Assembly: GCA_951406725.2 (NCBI GenBank)
Contig: OX597815.1
Location: 189,410,001 to 189,474,000 of the forward strand
Length of the DNA stretch: 64,000 nt
Direction: 5' to 3'
From: Octopus vulgaris
Taxonomy: Eukaryota
Part shown: one piece after another, positions 50,198 through 63,730 of the stretch
How positions within the stretch are numbered: position 1 is the first letter of the stretch
Layout: each line of letters opens with the position of its first letter
Program-made: the position numbers and the translations under genes
Notes under the pieces: generated by a model
The model's input: only the letters and a program-made list of their open reading frames with translations
Database searches by the model: none
What the model was told of the DNA's origin: nothing

Positions 50198-50625
50198 CTG
50201 TATGTTGTGTATGTGGCAAAATCTTGCACTGCCCATCTGTTGTGCATATGGCAAAACTTGCGTTGCCCATCTGTTGTGTATGTGGCAAAAACTTTATTGC
50301 CCACCTGTTGTGTATGTGGCAAAAACTTGTGTTGCTTATCTGTTGTATATGTGACAAAAACTCCTATTGCCCATCTGTTGTGTATGTGGCAAAAACCTTG
50401 TGTCGCCTATCTGTTGCGTATGTGGCAAAAACTTGTGTTGCTTATCTGTTGTATATGTGACAAAAATTCCTATTGCCCATCTGTTCTGTATGAGGCAAAA
50501 ACCTTGTGTTGTCCATCTGTTATGTATTTGGCAAAACTTGTGTTGCCCACCTGTGTGTGTATTTGGCAAAAACTTGTGCTCCCCATCTGTTTTGTATGTG
50601 GCAAAAACTTGTTTCCCATCTGTTC
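50198..50625. repeat. Minisatellite, unit about 33-36 bp (TTGCCCATCTGTTGTGTATGTGGCAAAAACTTGTG), about 12 copies
   Basis: Direct reading. Confidence 0.9.
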
Positions 50626-51139
50626 TACCCCAACTTTCAAAAGCGATGAAGGTAGATCACATAAAAACTAATGCTGATGATTAATAATGTTTTGAAATTA
50701 TGAAATATTTCACTCTAAACAAAATCCTGCATGTTCAGCCAACATTTTCTTTTTTTTTTTTTTTTTTGCTTTTTGCCTTTTTTTTAGTTTTGCTCGTCTT
50801 ATCTTGTTTTCATTATATATTTTGCTTTGATTGCATTTGATTTAAAGTTATTCCTATTCTACTTCACAAATTTACAATTGACTAGATGCATAAATGCCAC
50901 GGATGAGTAAACTTAGGTTAGGCTACAGAGTTTGCCAAAACAAACAAGCAACATTAAGAAGAACAATAAAAACAACAACAACAACAACAACAGCAACAAA
51001 ATATAAGAATAGCAACAAATCAGTTGAAATAATTTGACAGTAATTAATTCCCTAAACAAAAGATTATGTGTAGGAGTATCATAAACTGGTCCTGCAAACA
51101 GTCTTTGAGCAACAGCATCAATAGTGATTCAGTCGAAAT

Positions 51140-51637
51140 GCCAACCACATGGTTCGGGGTTTAGTCCCACTGTGTGAAACCTTGGGCAAGTGTTTCTACT
51201 GTAGCCACAGGCCAATCAAAGTCTTGTGAGTGGATTTGTTAGATGGAAACTGAAAGAAGCCCACCATTTGTATATGTATATATATATATATATATCATCA
51301 TTGACCATATGGAGGTGCAGGAGTGGCTGTGTGGTATGTAGCTTGTTTCCCAACAACATGGTTCTGGGTTCAGTCCCACTGTGTGGCATCTTGAGCCAGT
51401 GTCTTCTACTATAGTCTCGGGCTGACCAAATCCTTGTGGTGTGTGTTTGTCTCCCCAACATCGCTTGACAACTGGTGCTGGTGTGTTTACATCCCCATAA
51501 CTTAGCAGTTCGGTAAAAGAAACTGATAGAATAAGTGCTAGGCTTACAAAGAATAAATCCTGGGGTCGATTTGCTTGACTAAAGGTGGTGCTCCAGCATA
51601 GCTGCACTCAAATGACTGAAACAGGTAAAAGAATAAA
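51140..51637 (+). mobile_element. SINE family 1: a partial copy plus an internally deleted copy
   Basis: Homology to 1531-1923. Confidence 0.85.
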
Positions 51638-51709
51638 ACCAGAAAGAAATTGTGCTAAACATTTTATCCAGTGTGTTACTGATTTTTACCAAGCAACATG
51701 GTTCTGGGT

Positions 51710-52090
51710 TAAATCGACCCCAGTACACAGCTGATACTTAATTTATGGACCTCGAAAGGATGAAAGGCAAAGTTGACCTCAGCGGAATTTGAACTCAGAA
51801 TGTAAAGACAGATGAAATATCACTAAGCATTTCACCCAGAGTGTTAACGTTTCTGCCAGCTTGTTGCCTTGTATAGAATTAAATATTCTTTTCTACTCTA
51901 AGTTCAAGGCAGGAAATTTGGGGGGAGGAGGCCAGTCGATTAGATTGACCCCAGTATGCAACTGGTACTTAATTTATTGATCCCGAAAGGATGAAAGGCA
52001 AAGTTGACCTCTGCAGAATTTGAACTCAGACAGACGAAATACTGCTAAGCATTTTGCCCGGCATGCTAACATTTGTGCCAGCTCACCACC
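51710..52090 (-). mobile_element. SINE family 3, two copies
   Basis: Reverse-complement homology to 8411-8630. Confidence 0.85.
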
Positions 52091-52112
52091 TTCACCACCT
52101 TAATATTACTTA

Positions 52113-53018
52113 CAGGGTTGGCCAAAAGTATATCAAAATTCCATAAATACTTAATATTCAATTTTATTTATTCATTCCAGTTATGAAGTTGCTCAAGAAG
52201 GACTTCAGTTTGATCAATTTTGCTGATGTTTCATATTTAGATGCTTTTATTAAATTCATTCAGTTATTAAACAAATAAATCTTGAAATTAACCCTTCCAT
52301 TACTGTATTTATTTTGAGATGCTCTGTTTCTTTCAATTATTTTAAATATAACAAAAAATTTAGAAAATAATTTAGTTATCATTAAACTGGTGTTAGGAAC
52401 ATAAATTTTGGAAGATTTTAATTCAAAGTTTATGAAAACAAGACATTTGTCCTACAGAGTCAGAAGTGGTTTCAGCCAGGCTGGTATCAAAAGGGTTAAA
52501 TTAATCATTTGTTAACCCTTTTGTAACTATATTTCTATTGAGATGTGTTTCTTTCAATTATTTTAAATATAACAAAAAAATTAGTATAATAGCTTAGTTA
52601 TCATTAAGCTAGTATTAGGAACATAAATTGTGACTAAGGTTCGGTGGAAGATTTTAATTCAAAACTTTTGCAAACAAGACATTTGTACTACAGAGCCAGG
52701 GGTGGTTTCAGCTGGGTTGGTATCAAAAGGGTTAAATTAATCATTTATTAACCCTTTTGTTACCATATTTCTGTTGAGATGCTCTGTGTTTCTTTCAATT
52801 AATTTTAAATATAACAAAGAATTTAGTAAAATAGTTTAGTTATCATTCAGCTAGTGTTAAGAACATAAATTGTGACTAAGGTTTGGTGGAAGATTTTATT
52901 TCAAAACATACAAAAACAAGACATTTGTACTAAAGTGCCTGAGCCATTTTCAGGCAAGTTGGTATCAAATGGGTTAAATGGTTTTGGTTTACTGTCAGTT
53001 GACTTTTGGCCAACCCTG
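52113..53018. mobile_element. Tc1/mariner MITE containing three tandem piggyBac-type MITEs
   Basis: TA-CAGGGTTGGCCAAAAGT...ACTTTTGGCCAACCCTG-TA. Inner TTAA-bounded units at 52288-52499, 52512-52735 and 52748-52977. Confidence 0.85.
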
Positions 53019-53322
53019 TATAATTATTCTTTGTGCTATAGACACAAGACCTGAAATTTTGGTGGAAGGGTCTAGTCAGCTACATTGACCCCAGTACTCA
53101 ACTGGTTCTTATTTTATTGACCCCCACCAAAAAAAAAAAAAATGGATGAAAGGCAAACTTGAACTCAGAATGTATAATTTGAAGAAATGCCATGAAAAAT
53201 TTTGTTTGGTATAACAATGATTCTGTCAAGGAATTCTAACATTTGCATGGAGTCAGAAATTTTGCAGAGATGGAGAAATTTGTTGATTATTTAGCAAAAT
53301 GGTTAAATGTATGCAATGTGGC

Positions 53323-53466
53323 TTAACCCTTCGAGCCCATAACACCATTTTGCCAGTGGATAGTTTATTTTTCTCTATGCTGTAGCATTGCTCTAGACTA
53401 TAACACCGGTGAAGTGCCAGGTATATGGTAAAATAAGGTTCAGGAGGTCAGGGCTCAAAGGGTTAA
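53323..53466. mobile_element. Second piggyBac-type MITE family
   Basis: TTAA-CCCTTCGAGCCC...GGGCTCAAAGGG-TTAA. Confidence 0.75.
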
Positions 53467-54514
53467 GCCCTGATAAATTATGTCTTCTGATTAACATGAG
53501 CTAGGATGAATATCGTTTAGAAAATATGAAGACAAGTTAGTATTGATTGCATTGCAACATTTATTTCTGACACTAAAATGATAGACATCAACTGGCATAA
53601 TACGTAGAACTCTCTTAAAGACATTACCTGGTTTCAAAATATTTTTTGAAGTTGAAGATAAATGTTACATAAAACACAAAACATAGTGTCTAAGATTTTG
53701 GTTACAAACCTGTACTCTCTGAAGCTGCAAAATGGTATAAACTTCTTTCAAGATCAAAACTTGCTTATAACAAAACTCACCTCCCTAAGGAAATAGCTGG
53801 AAGAAAAGGGTCCCTTAAATAGCTGATGTTGCGATGCTTGGCTAGTCTCTCATGTTCAAGGGTGGGCAGTCCATGCAAAGCTAAATGGACTTGACCATAA
53901 TGTGATGGGTCAAAATGGGCAGCTAAAAATAAAGAAGTACAATGTGGATAGCTAAAAGTAAAGAGTGAACGTGCTTCTGCTACAATTATTGACGGGTGAT
54001 GGTCTTGTTTTGAGAATGCGTGGGTGAAGACTATGTGCCTTCATTGGTCAGTTAAAGTTGAGACAGTGTCACATGACAACTTGCTGGGGCTGCCTGCTGG
54101 AGCCTAGCAGCAGGTATTTAAAGAGAAATTTGACAGGACAGTCAGTCACCTGCTGACAGTCGTTGACGTTACATTGAAGAGGCCAGGGAACAGAAGAAAT
54201 AAGACATGCAATCAACACCAGAGCTGAAGACACCTCTGAAAAGGAAGGGCCCTGCTACGTCAAAACAGTAGAGGAGTAGGGGCCGAAACCAGACTGGTTC
54301 CTCCTGATGATGTCTTGAGCTAACTGGATCCTATAAAGGCACTGTTGTGGTAGCAGACCATGAAGCACAGTTGAAATTCTTCCTTGACTCTATAGTATTT
54401 GACTGGTGCCTTATGTTGTCAAGCTGGCAATATTGAAAATCTGATACAGATAGGATCTGAACTCACAATGTGTAAAAGACGATTACTAAGTTACAACATG
54501 GTTCGTTCTTTAAC

Positions 54515-54785
54515 ACTTTAAATAACAACGAACTTATTGTACACAGCGCTCAGGTGCACTGCATCTCATCGGAAAGAAGTAACCAAAACTGCATGAAGAC
54601 TACATGGAATAATGCACAGGAAGACGAAGGAACGGGGGTGGGGCATATCAGGTGTATTGTTGGTGAATTTCAGGAAGCATGGAAGTTTTGAAGGATGTAG
54701 TGTCTTGAGATCTAACAAATGATGGAGGTAATTTATTCCATGCTTCAGTGAATCTGAGTGTGAAAAAAACTCATTTACCAATTCA
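54515..54785 (-). mobile_element. CR1-like LINE 3' end
   Basis: Minus strand FFTLRFTEAWNKLPPS...SFKT, typical of a CR1/L2 ORF2 C-terminus. Confidence 0.65.
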
Positions 54786-54841
54786 TTTGTACTTGTTACA
54801 CTAATATTTTAATTGCTGCATTGAAAGCATTATCAAGTATG

Positions 54842-55233
54842 AACAACAGCAACAGCAACAGCAATGGCAAATACAGTAGTAGTAGTAGTAGTGATTGTGG
54901 TGGTGCTGGTTTTGGTGGTGGTGATAGTAGTAGTAGTGGTAGTACTGGTAGTGGTGGCAGTAGAAGTAGTAGTGGTAGTAGTAGTACTAGTAGTAGTAGT
55001 AATAGTAGTGATGGTGGTGGTGGTAGTAGTAGTAGTAGCAGTAGTAATAGTAGTAGTAGTGGTAGTAGTAGTAGTGGTGGTGGTGGTGGTGGTGGTTGTG
55101 GTGGTAGTGGTGGTGGTAGTAGTAGTAATAGCAGCAGCAGCAGTAGTAATTGTAATAGTAGTATTAGTAGTAGAAGAAGTAGTAGTAGTAGTAGTAATAG
55201 CAGCAGCAGCAGTAGTAATGGTAATAGTAGTAT

Positions 55234-55303
<70 letters not shown>

Positions 55304-55353
55304 TGTGGTGGTGGTGGTCGTCGTCGTAGTAGTAGTAGAAGTAGTAGGCGTCG
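54842..55353. repeat. (TAG)n/(TGG)n compound microsatellite
   Basis: Direct reading. The poly-Ser/Gly and poly-Val ORFs are artefacts. Confidence 0.95.
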
Positions 55354-56134
55354 TTAATCACCAGCTGTGATCACCAGTGTTGAAAAAGAATTGCACTGCT
55401 CAGAAGTGCATAGCTCAATATATCGGCTGCACAGTGCAGACACAGTGCAAATACGGTGCAGTACAGTTAAGAAAGTGTTGAAATGAAAAGGTACACAGAA
55501 ATGCGTTGCCCTGGTGCAGCGCTTTGATACTGAAATAAAATGTCAGAGGGAGAAAGAAAGAGCTGTGGAAAATACAGAGGGAGAAGAGCAACAGAAAGAG
55601 AGAGAGAGAGAGAGGGAGGGAGGGAGAGACAGAGAGAGGGAAGGGGAGAAAGAGACAAAAAAGAGAGAGGGAAAGGATACACAGGCAGGGATTCAGAGAA
55701 AGTGAATGATATTTATGGATATCAAGCAATCGAGAATTACATTGAAATAGCACTTATTGATTTTCTATTGACTTTTTCTACCTTCTTCAAACTGCAGGGG
55801 AATGATCAGAAAAATATGGCATGGGTTTTTCGCTGTTGCTATCGCTGCAGTTGTGCAGTTTGGCTGACAGTGATAATAATAATGATAATAATAATAATAA
55901 TGATAATGATAATAATAATAATGATGATGATGATGATGATGAATGGTTTACATGTTGCTGATTGTTGTCATGTTTGGGTATGGAGATGTGTGAGGCTGGA
56001 AGGTTGGATTTAAGAAATAGTTGACAGAGGTGATGTTCTTATGATTATACATATATACATACATACATACGTACATACATACATACATACATACATAATA
56101 TACATAGTAATATTAATGATATATATATACATAT

Positions 56135-56315
56135 TGTTAGCCACTACACATATTTTTTTCTCTCCTTTTTCTCTCCTTGTTTTTCTGGTGTCCCTTTCTG
56201 TAGAAGAGCGTAGGCTCAAAACGTAAAAGACTTTTTCTATTCCTGAGCGTTATACTAATACATCTGTTTGTTTTGTACACCACCTGTCTTTGTCTTTTGT
56301 TTTTTTGTAAACTCT

Positions 56316-56320
<5 letters not shown>
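56135..56320 (+). mobile_element. Hammerhead-like element family B (core CTGTAGA; GAAA mutated to AAAA)
   Basis: CTTT-CTGTAGA-A-GAGC-gtag-GCTC-AAAA-CG-TA-AAAG at 56194-56229, ending in (TA)n. Confidence 0.7.
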
Positions 56321-56351
<31 letters not shown>

Positions 56352-56362
<11 letters not shown>

Positions 56363-56600
56363 CCAATCTGTCTATCTGTCTGTGTGTCTTCTAGGATCTC
56401 AGGCATCCTCCATCCAATTGCGCTCAAATTTGATGTGTAGATACCGACGGTATCAGGGCGTGTATAAGTCTTGAAAAAAATAACAAAAATCGATTCCAGG
56501 TGAAAATGCGATTGATAAAGCCGTGGGAACGTGCATTTGTATGTGCAAGTACATCAGCTGTTGTGATTGATACTACGTGTATGCGAGAAAATTGCATGGT
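56352..56600 (+). mobile_element. Possible non-autonomous Helitron 5' end
   Basis: ATATATAAAA, a short TCTG run, then CCAATTGCGCTCAAATTTG. No 3' hairpin or CTRR end found. Confidence 0.35.
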
Positions 56601-56830
56601 GTCTCAAATTTAGGTTAAATCAGTGTTTCTCAAAGGGGAGGCCTATGGGATGGTTGGACAAGTTGTTTTGAGAAAATTTGGTTTAAATGTTTGACAACTC
56701 AGCACCATCCATTGGATGACGGGCGTTTCCAGCATGGCTGCAGCTCTGAGCTGTAACTTTAAAAAAAAAAATTTTAAATAAAATTAAAAAAATAAAGGAA
56801 AAAAACAAAAAAAAATATATATATAAATAC

Positions 56831-56862
<32 letters not shown>

Positions 56863-56863
56863 G

Positions 56864-57110
56864 TGGAGGCGCAATGGCCCAGTGGTTAGGGCAGCGGACT
56901 CGTGGTCGTAGGATCGCGGTTTCAATTCCCAGACCGGGCGTTGTGAGTGTTTATTGAGCGAAAACACCTATAGCTCCACGAGGCTCTGGCAGGGGTTGGT
57001 GGCCTGCTCGCTTTGTCAGCGGGGTGGCATCATTTGAAGGCTAAAACAATGCGAAGTGCATTGTGACCAGCGATGTGTAGCAACATCTGATAGCTTGGTC
57101 GGTCACGTGA
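56864..57110 (+). mobile_element. tRNA-derived SINE (family 2 head, different tail)
   Basis: GGAGGCGCAATGGCCCAGTGGTTAGGGCAGCGGACTC...GGTTTCAATTCCC. Confidence 0.75.
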
Positions 57111-57950
57111 TCATGTGATATATATATATATATACATATGGGTACCGGACGTCACCAACAGTAAACAACATGAAAAACGAAAACGAATGCGTTCAATACA
57201 CAAAAAATGAGAGAAACAAAGTAACACAAAGAACAACCCTTCATTAGTTGTCACCTGCCTATCTACTTCTCATGTTGAGCATTGAACGACAGTATGAGTC
57301 TTCGAAGACAGTTGCCCCCATAAGTATCAAAACAAAATTATGGATTTATTCAGGGTAAATGTTGGGAACAAAACAAGACAGTGGAGACATACAAGGAAAC
57401 TGAATGAATACAAACATGGTGGGTCATTAGACCAGAATGAGGGTAAAATAGCGAATGCTGGAGAAATATTTTATTTGAAAAATGAAAAGGTAGAAGAGAG
57501 AGATAGAATACATCCAGTCCTGAAGGAAAAGAAAGATGATCATGTAAAGAAAAGAAAGATGGTTGATGGTCACATGTGAGCAACGACAGAGAGAAAAGGA
57601 GAACATACATACATACATAAAGAATAAGTCCTGGCATTGATTTGCTCGACTAAAAAGGCGGTGCTCCAGCATAGCCGCAGTCAAATGACTGAAACAAGTA
57701 AAAGAGTAAAAGAGTAAAGAGTATACACACACACACACACAAACACTTATATAAATAAAACGTATATATATTTAAGTGTATATATGTTTGTTTCAGCCAT
57801 TAGACTGCAGCCATGGTGGGACACCACTTGGATGCACTCAGAGCATCACAGTTTTCCATTCAAGTTTCAACTACATTTTCATATATATGTATATGTTTGT
57901 GTGTGTGTGTGTGTGTGTGCATATGTGAGTGTGTGTATGTATGCACACAC

Positions 57951-58380
57951 ATAGGCGCAGGAGTGGCTGTGTGAATAGACAAAGGAGTGGCTGTGTGGTA
58001 AGTAGCTTGCCTACCAACCACATGGTTCTGGGTTCAGTCCCACTGCGTGGAACCTTGGGCAAGTGTCTCCTACTATAGCCTTGGGCTGACCAATGCCTTG
58101 TGAGTGGATTTGGTAGACGGAAACTGAAAGAAGCCCGTCGTATATATGTATATATATATATGTGTGTGCGTGTATGTTTGTGTGTCTGTGTCTGTTCCCC
58201 TAGCATTGCTTGACAACCGATGCTGGTGTGTTTATGTCCCCGTCACTTAGCGGTTCGGCAAAAAGAGACCGATAGAATAAGTACTGGGGTTACAAAGAAT
58301 AAGTCCCGGGGTCGAGTTGCTCGACTAAAGGCGGTGCTCCAGCATGGCCACAGTCAAATGACTGAAACAAGTAGAAGAGT
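57951..58380 (+). mobile_element. SINE family 1, full length with a duplicated head
   Basis: Homology to 1531-1923. Confidence 0.9.
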
Positions 58381-58794
58381 ATATATATATATATATAAGA
58401 TAGCAAGCTAGCTAGCTAGGTAGATAGATATACATGTATATACAAAGATATATCTTCACATAAATAATGTGTTGGTGTTTATCAAGTGAAACATTTAACT
58501 CATCGGCATTGAGTCATTGCATCTGCATGAGGTGTATGGCAAAATCATAAAACGAAATGATATGCAATCGAGATAATACAACAAATGATAAATGTCTTGT
58601 TGCTGGTTTAGATTTAAATACTTCACCACATAAACTGATGAGGTAACAGAAATAAGTAGGTATTTATACAGATCAATAGAGAGATAGAGAGATATAGAGA
58701 TGGGTGGGTACATAGATTGTTGAATGGGAGAATAGGACAGATTGATCAATGGAGAGGAAGTTGAACAGAAAGGCAGGTGGCTAAATAGATGGCT

Positions 58795-58950
<156 letters not shown>

Positions 58951-58982
58951 CATACTGTCTAACTGTCTATCTTTCTACTTAT

Positions 58983-59376
58983 ATAGGAGTGGCTGTGTGG
59001 TAAGTAGCTCGCTAACCAACCACATGGTTCCGGGTTCAGTCCCACAGCGTGGCACCTTGGGCAAGTGTCTTCTACTATAGCCCCGGGTCGACCAATGCTT
59101 TGTGAGTGGATTTGGTAGACGGAAACTGAAAGAAGCCTGTCGTATATATATATATGTGTGTGTGTGTTTGTGTATCTGTGTTTGTCCCCCTAGCATTGCT
59201 TGACAACCGATGCTGGTATGTTTACGTCCCCGTCACTTAGCGGTTCGGCAAAAGAGACTGATAGAATAAGTACTGGGCTTACAATGAATAAGTCCCGGGG
59301 TCAAGTTGCTCGATTAAAGGCGGTGCTCCAGCATGGCCGCAGTCAAATGACTGAAACAAATAAAAGAGTAAAAGAG
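58983..59376 (+). mobile_element. SINE family 1
   Basis: Homology to 1531-1923. Confidence 0.9.
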
Positions 59377-59394
59377 TATATATATATATGTTGT

Positions 59395-59662
59395 TATTTG
59401 TTTCTTCTCAAGCCATGCCCAGCTCATAAGGGCCAGTTTCCCGGTTTCCTTGACATATAGGTTCCCCATCTAGACAGGTGAGCTGCAAGATGCAGGAGGA
59501 AAGAGTGAGAGAAAGTTGTGGCGAAAGAGTCAGCAGAAGTTCGCGATCAGCTTCTGCCAGATCCGCATGGAGCTTAGGTGTTTTGCTCATAAACATACAC
59601 ATCTCCTGGTCTGAGATTCGAACTCATGCTCCCTCGACCACCTGCTCTAACCTGGTGCCTCC
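59395..59662 (-). mobile_element. SINE family 2
   Basis: Reverse-complement homology to 7533-7835. Confidence 0.85.
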
Positions 59663-59812
59663 ACACACACACATATATATAGGTACTTTATTAAAAAGCA
59701 GCAACAGTTTTTGTGATATTTTTGCTACTTTTTTATAACGCATATTACTCTACCTCTGGTATTCGATTACTATTTTTCCCACCTTGTTTTGCCTTTATGT
59801 GCTTACTCTGGT

Positions 59813-60085
59813 ATCATCATCGTCGTTTAACATCTGCTTTCCCTGCTGGCATGGGTTGGACGGTTTGACTGAGAGCTGGCAAGCCAGAAGGCTGCACTGG
59901 GCTCCAATCTGATCTGGCAAAGATTCTACAGCTTGATGCCCTTCGTAACACCCAGCACTCCGAGAGATTGCAGTGGGTGTCCTTATGTGCTACCAGCACA
60001 AGGGCCAGGCGGGCAGTACTGGCATCGACCATGCTCAAATGGTGCTTTTACGTTCCACCTGCATAGGAGCCAGTCTGGCGGCAAC
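59813..60085 (-). mobile_element. RTE LINE 3' UTR fragment
   Basis: Homology to 38516-38700. Confidence 0.8.
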
Positions 60086-60139
<54 letters not shown>

Positions 60140-60140
<1 letters not shown>

Positions 60141-60557
60141 CATTAGACTGCTCCTTTGCCATTCTCAAAAATATCGTTCATAATACTTTTTCTCGTTCGG
60201 CTTAACAGCCCTTCTTGTCTTGTTTTTCTCCTTGTCCTGTATTTTACTGTTTATATTTTGTACTGTCGTTACTGTCCTGTTTTTGTTACCATTTTTACCC
60301 CTTCGCAAAAAGATCTCAAATTTTATTTAAATTGCTTTTCGCGGGAAGGAAGGTTTCTATCGAAGATGCGTATCGCCTCCACCTTCGAAACGCAGAGTAG
60401 ATGAAACCATGGCGACTGAAGAAGGGGAATTTTCCTTGTGTTATTTGTCCTGTACTCTATTTTTTTGTTGTTTAAGAAAAATGTCCAGTTCCTTGGTTTT
60501 GTGTTTATGTTTTCGTTTCTCATTGTGTTCGACGTTTTTTTGGTGTCCTGTACCCAT
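60140..60557 (+). mobile_element. PLE-terminal-like element with a weak hammerhead-like motif (core TCGAAGA)
   Basis: GGTTTCTA-TCGAAGA...CGAAA-C-gcaga-G-TA-GATGAAACC at 60352-60408. Diverged reversed homolog at about 57139-57590 and a possible relative at about 9230-9545. Confidence 0.5.
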
Positions 60558-60641
60558 ATATGCATGTATATATACATGTAGAGGTGAGTACATGCATGTA
60601 TGTATGTATATATGCATATGTTTTATTTATTAATTTATTAT

Positions 60642-60752
<111 letters not shown>

Positions 60753-61318
60753 ACAAATAATCTGTGAAAAATATACAAGAATAAGCTGGTATTTAGAGGG
60801 AGACAGAGTTCAGAAGATAGGGTAACTGAATTGGGTTCATAGAATAGCAAGGGAAGTGATAAAAATTTATTAATTGAATAGTTTGACAAACTTGCTCAGT
60901 ACAATATTAAAGTAAATAAGTTGAATTACATTTGATAAAGTATAAAAATAGATTTTGTGAGATTTGCTGATGAATAAGTGATGAATGAAAGGTTCTAAGG
61001 CATTTCAGATTTTTAAAATCCTTCACCAAAAATGTTCTGTGCTTTTTCACCTATTTTGATAATCTGACAAGTCGACCAGTTAAGAGTTCAGGTACTACCA
61101 CTGACTGGAGATATAAAGTACATATACACATAAACACAGGTGCAAACACACACATACTCACACACACACACAAACATGCACACACACAGACACACACACA
61201 CACACACACACATACACACATAATAAAGGATAAAATTATTCCTGATTTCATCAGGTGGTTATCAAAAAAATAAAAACCTTATACGTAAATTTACTAAATA
61301 TTATATTAATATGATTAC

Positions 61319-61698
61319 ATAGGTGTAGGAGTGGCTGTGTGGTAAATAGCTTGCTTATGAACCACATGGTTCCGGTTTCAGTCCAACTGCATGGTACCTT
61401 GGGCAAGTGTCTTCTACTATAGCCTCAGGTCGACCAAAGCCTTGTGAGTGGATTTGGTAGACAGAAACTGAACGAAGCCCGTCATATAAATGCATATATA
61501 TATATATATATATATATATGCATATGTGTGTATGTGTTTGTTTGTGTTTGTTCCCACAACATCGCTTGACAACCGATGCTGGTGTGTTTACATCCCCCAT
61601 AACTTAGCGGTTCGGCAAAAGAGACCGATAGAATAAGTACTAGGCTTACAACGAATAAGTCCAGGGGTCGATTTGCTCGACTAAAAGGTGGTGCTCCA
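61319..61698 (+). mobile_element. SINE family 1
   Basis: Homology to 1531-1923. Confidence 0.9.
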
Positions 61699-61854
61699 CC
61701 TCTGAATAAAAAAAAAGCTTTAGTGGCTAGTGGTCAATCATGGTGATGGATGGACGGAGATGTATATATATATATATTTATATATAATCATCATCATCAT
61801 CATCATCATCATCATTTACCGTCTACTTTCCATGCTTATGGTATAGGTATTTAG

Positions 61855-62150
61855 ACTCCCTTCAGTCAGTCATGAATGACCATGAAATTGCACCTAGGAA
61901 GTTCTCCTCTGAAGAACAAGTCAAAGCAAGGTTGTTTATGGAAGACCAGCAATCGCCCATGCATACCAGCCTCCCCTCTCTATGCCACCAGTGTTATCCA
62001 AGGGAAAAGCAACGGCAGATGCAGCTTGGTACTAGTGATGTCGCAACTCATTTCTAAAGCTGAGTGAACTGGAGCAAAGTGAAATAAAGTGTCTTGCTCC
62101 AGAACACAAAACACAACACAGTCTGGGAATCGAACTCACTATCTCATGAT
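61855..62150 (-). mobile_element. tRNA-derived SINE, fourth family
   Basis: Minus-strand B-box GAGTTCGATTCCC followed by GCAAGACACTTTATTTCAC...CTCCAGTTCACTCAGC. Confidence 0.65.
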
Positions 62151-62199
62151 ATATGTATGTATATGTATTTATATGTATGTTTATATGTATGAGTAGTGC

Positions 62200-62495
62200 A
62201 GGCACATGGCCTAGTGGTTAGAGTAGCGAATTTATGGCTGAGAGATCACAGGTTCACATCTCAGACATGTGTGTTTATGAGTGAAACACACCTAAGCTTC
62301 ATGCGGTTCCAGCAGAAGGTAATGGCGAACTTCTGCTGACTCTTTTGCCACAACTTTCTCTCACTCTTTCCTCCTGCATCTTGCAGCTCACCTGTGATGG
62401 ACCAGCATCCTGTCCAGGTGGGGGAATCTATAGGACAACGAAACCAGGAAAGCGGCCCTTTTGAGCTAGGCATAGCACAAGAAGGGACAAACAAC
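62200..62495 (+). mobile_element. SINE family 2
   Basis: Homology to 7533-7835. Confidence 0.85.
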
Positions 62496-62597
62496 ATATA
62501 TATACATATGTATATGTATAAAAATACAAAAATGGGACAAGAACGCAAGTATTTATTATATATAAAAATATAGTGGTGTACGTACACTTTGGTCTCT

Positions 62598-62665
<68 letters not shown>

Positions 62666-62690
62666 AGTGTGTGTGTGTGTGTGTATGTGT

Positions 62691-62990
62691 GGAGGCACAT
62701 GGCCTAGTGGTTAGGGCAGCAGACTCAAGGTTGAGGGATCACAGGTTCGAATCTCAGACTGGGCGATGTTTGTGTTTATGAGTGAAACACCTAAGCTCCA
62801 CGTGGCTCTGGCAGAAGGTAATGGCAAACTTCTGCTGACTCTTTCACCACGACTCTCTCTCTCACTCTTTCCTGCTGCAGTTCACCTGCGTCACATCAGC
62901 CTCTCATCCAGGTGAGGAACCTATACACCAATGAAACTGGGAAACTGGCCCTTATGAGCCAGGTATGGCTCCAGAAGGAACAAATAACAA
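62691..62990 (+). mobile_element. SINE family 2
   Basis: Homology to 7533-7835. Confidence 0.85.
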
Positions 62991-63686
62991 CAGCACATAT
63001 GTATGGCTGTATGTATGTAGATGCAAATATATCTCACAATTTTCATCTTTATTTCTTTCATATTTCATTTTGACATATTCATTTTCTTTTTTTTTTTTTT
63101 GTTCATTTCCATTCTATTTTGTTTTTCTTTATGGTGTATATTCTTTAATGCGTAACATCAAACGCATTATTTTTCTTCATTTTAAACATTTATTTAAATT
63201 TCAATTGCTGAAGAAATGATAGCTATTTATTATATGAACATATAATGGGTCCATTATTGAAACGTGTACAAAAATAATTTGAATGAATCCCTGTAAATAA
63301 CTCATGTACAAACACACACACATGCATATATATATATATATATATTTGTATGTATATATGGATGGATGGATGTATGCATGCATGGATCAAAACAGTTCGA
63401 TTCAAACTGGTTTGATCCATACATGTAACTCCAAATAAATGTGTTGAATGCCTTTCTTTCATTTGTCCAACCACTTGTATATATAGGTGTATATATATAT
63501 TTATATATATATATATATATATATATAGGTGTATATATATATATATATGTACATATATATGTGTATGTATATAATGTATATATACATACATATATATATA
63601 TATATATATACATATTTATGCATACATACATACATACCTATATATATAGACACACACACAAACACACATGTATATATATATATTTA

Positions 63687-63730
<44 letters not shown>

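Noticed and set aside
50198-50625. CRISPR-like periodicity
   Set aside because: The repeats are contiguous with no unique spacers, there are no cas genes, and the context is eukaryotic.
50207-50684. Cys-rich ORFs with repeated CCVCGKNL (metallothionein- or zinc-finger-like)
   Set aside because: A minisatellite with variable unit length, open in several frames, with no splice context.
54821-55370. Poly-Ser/Gly and poly-Val ORFs
   Set aside because: Trinucleotide microsatellite.
58632-58662. CTGATGA-GGTAACA-GAAA resembling a hammerhead
   Set aside because: No credible stem I, II or III, so likely chance.
62691-62765. tRNA-like sequences at SINE heads
   Set aside because: They have no acceptor stem and run directly into multi-copy SINE bodies, so they are not tRNA genes.
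63382-63420. Short hairpin ATGGATCAAA...TTTGATCCAT followed by AATAAA
   Set aside because: It may be a truncated mini-element, but no core or GAAA motif and no second copy are visible.
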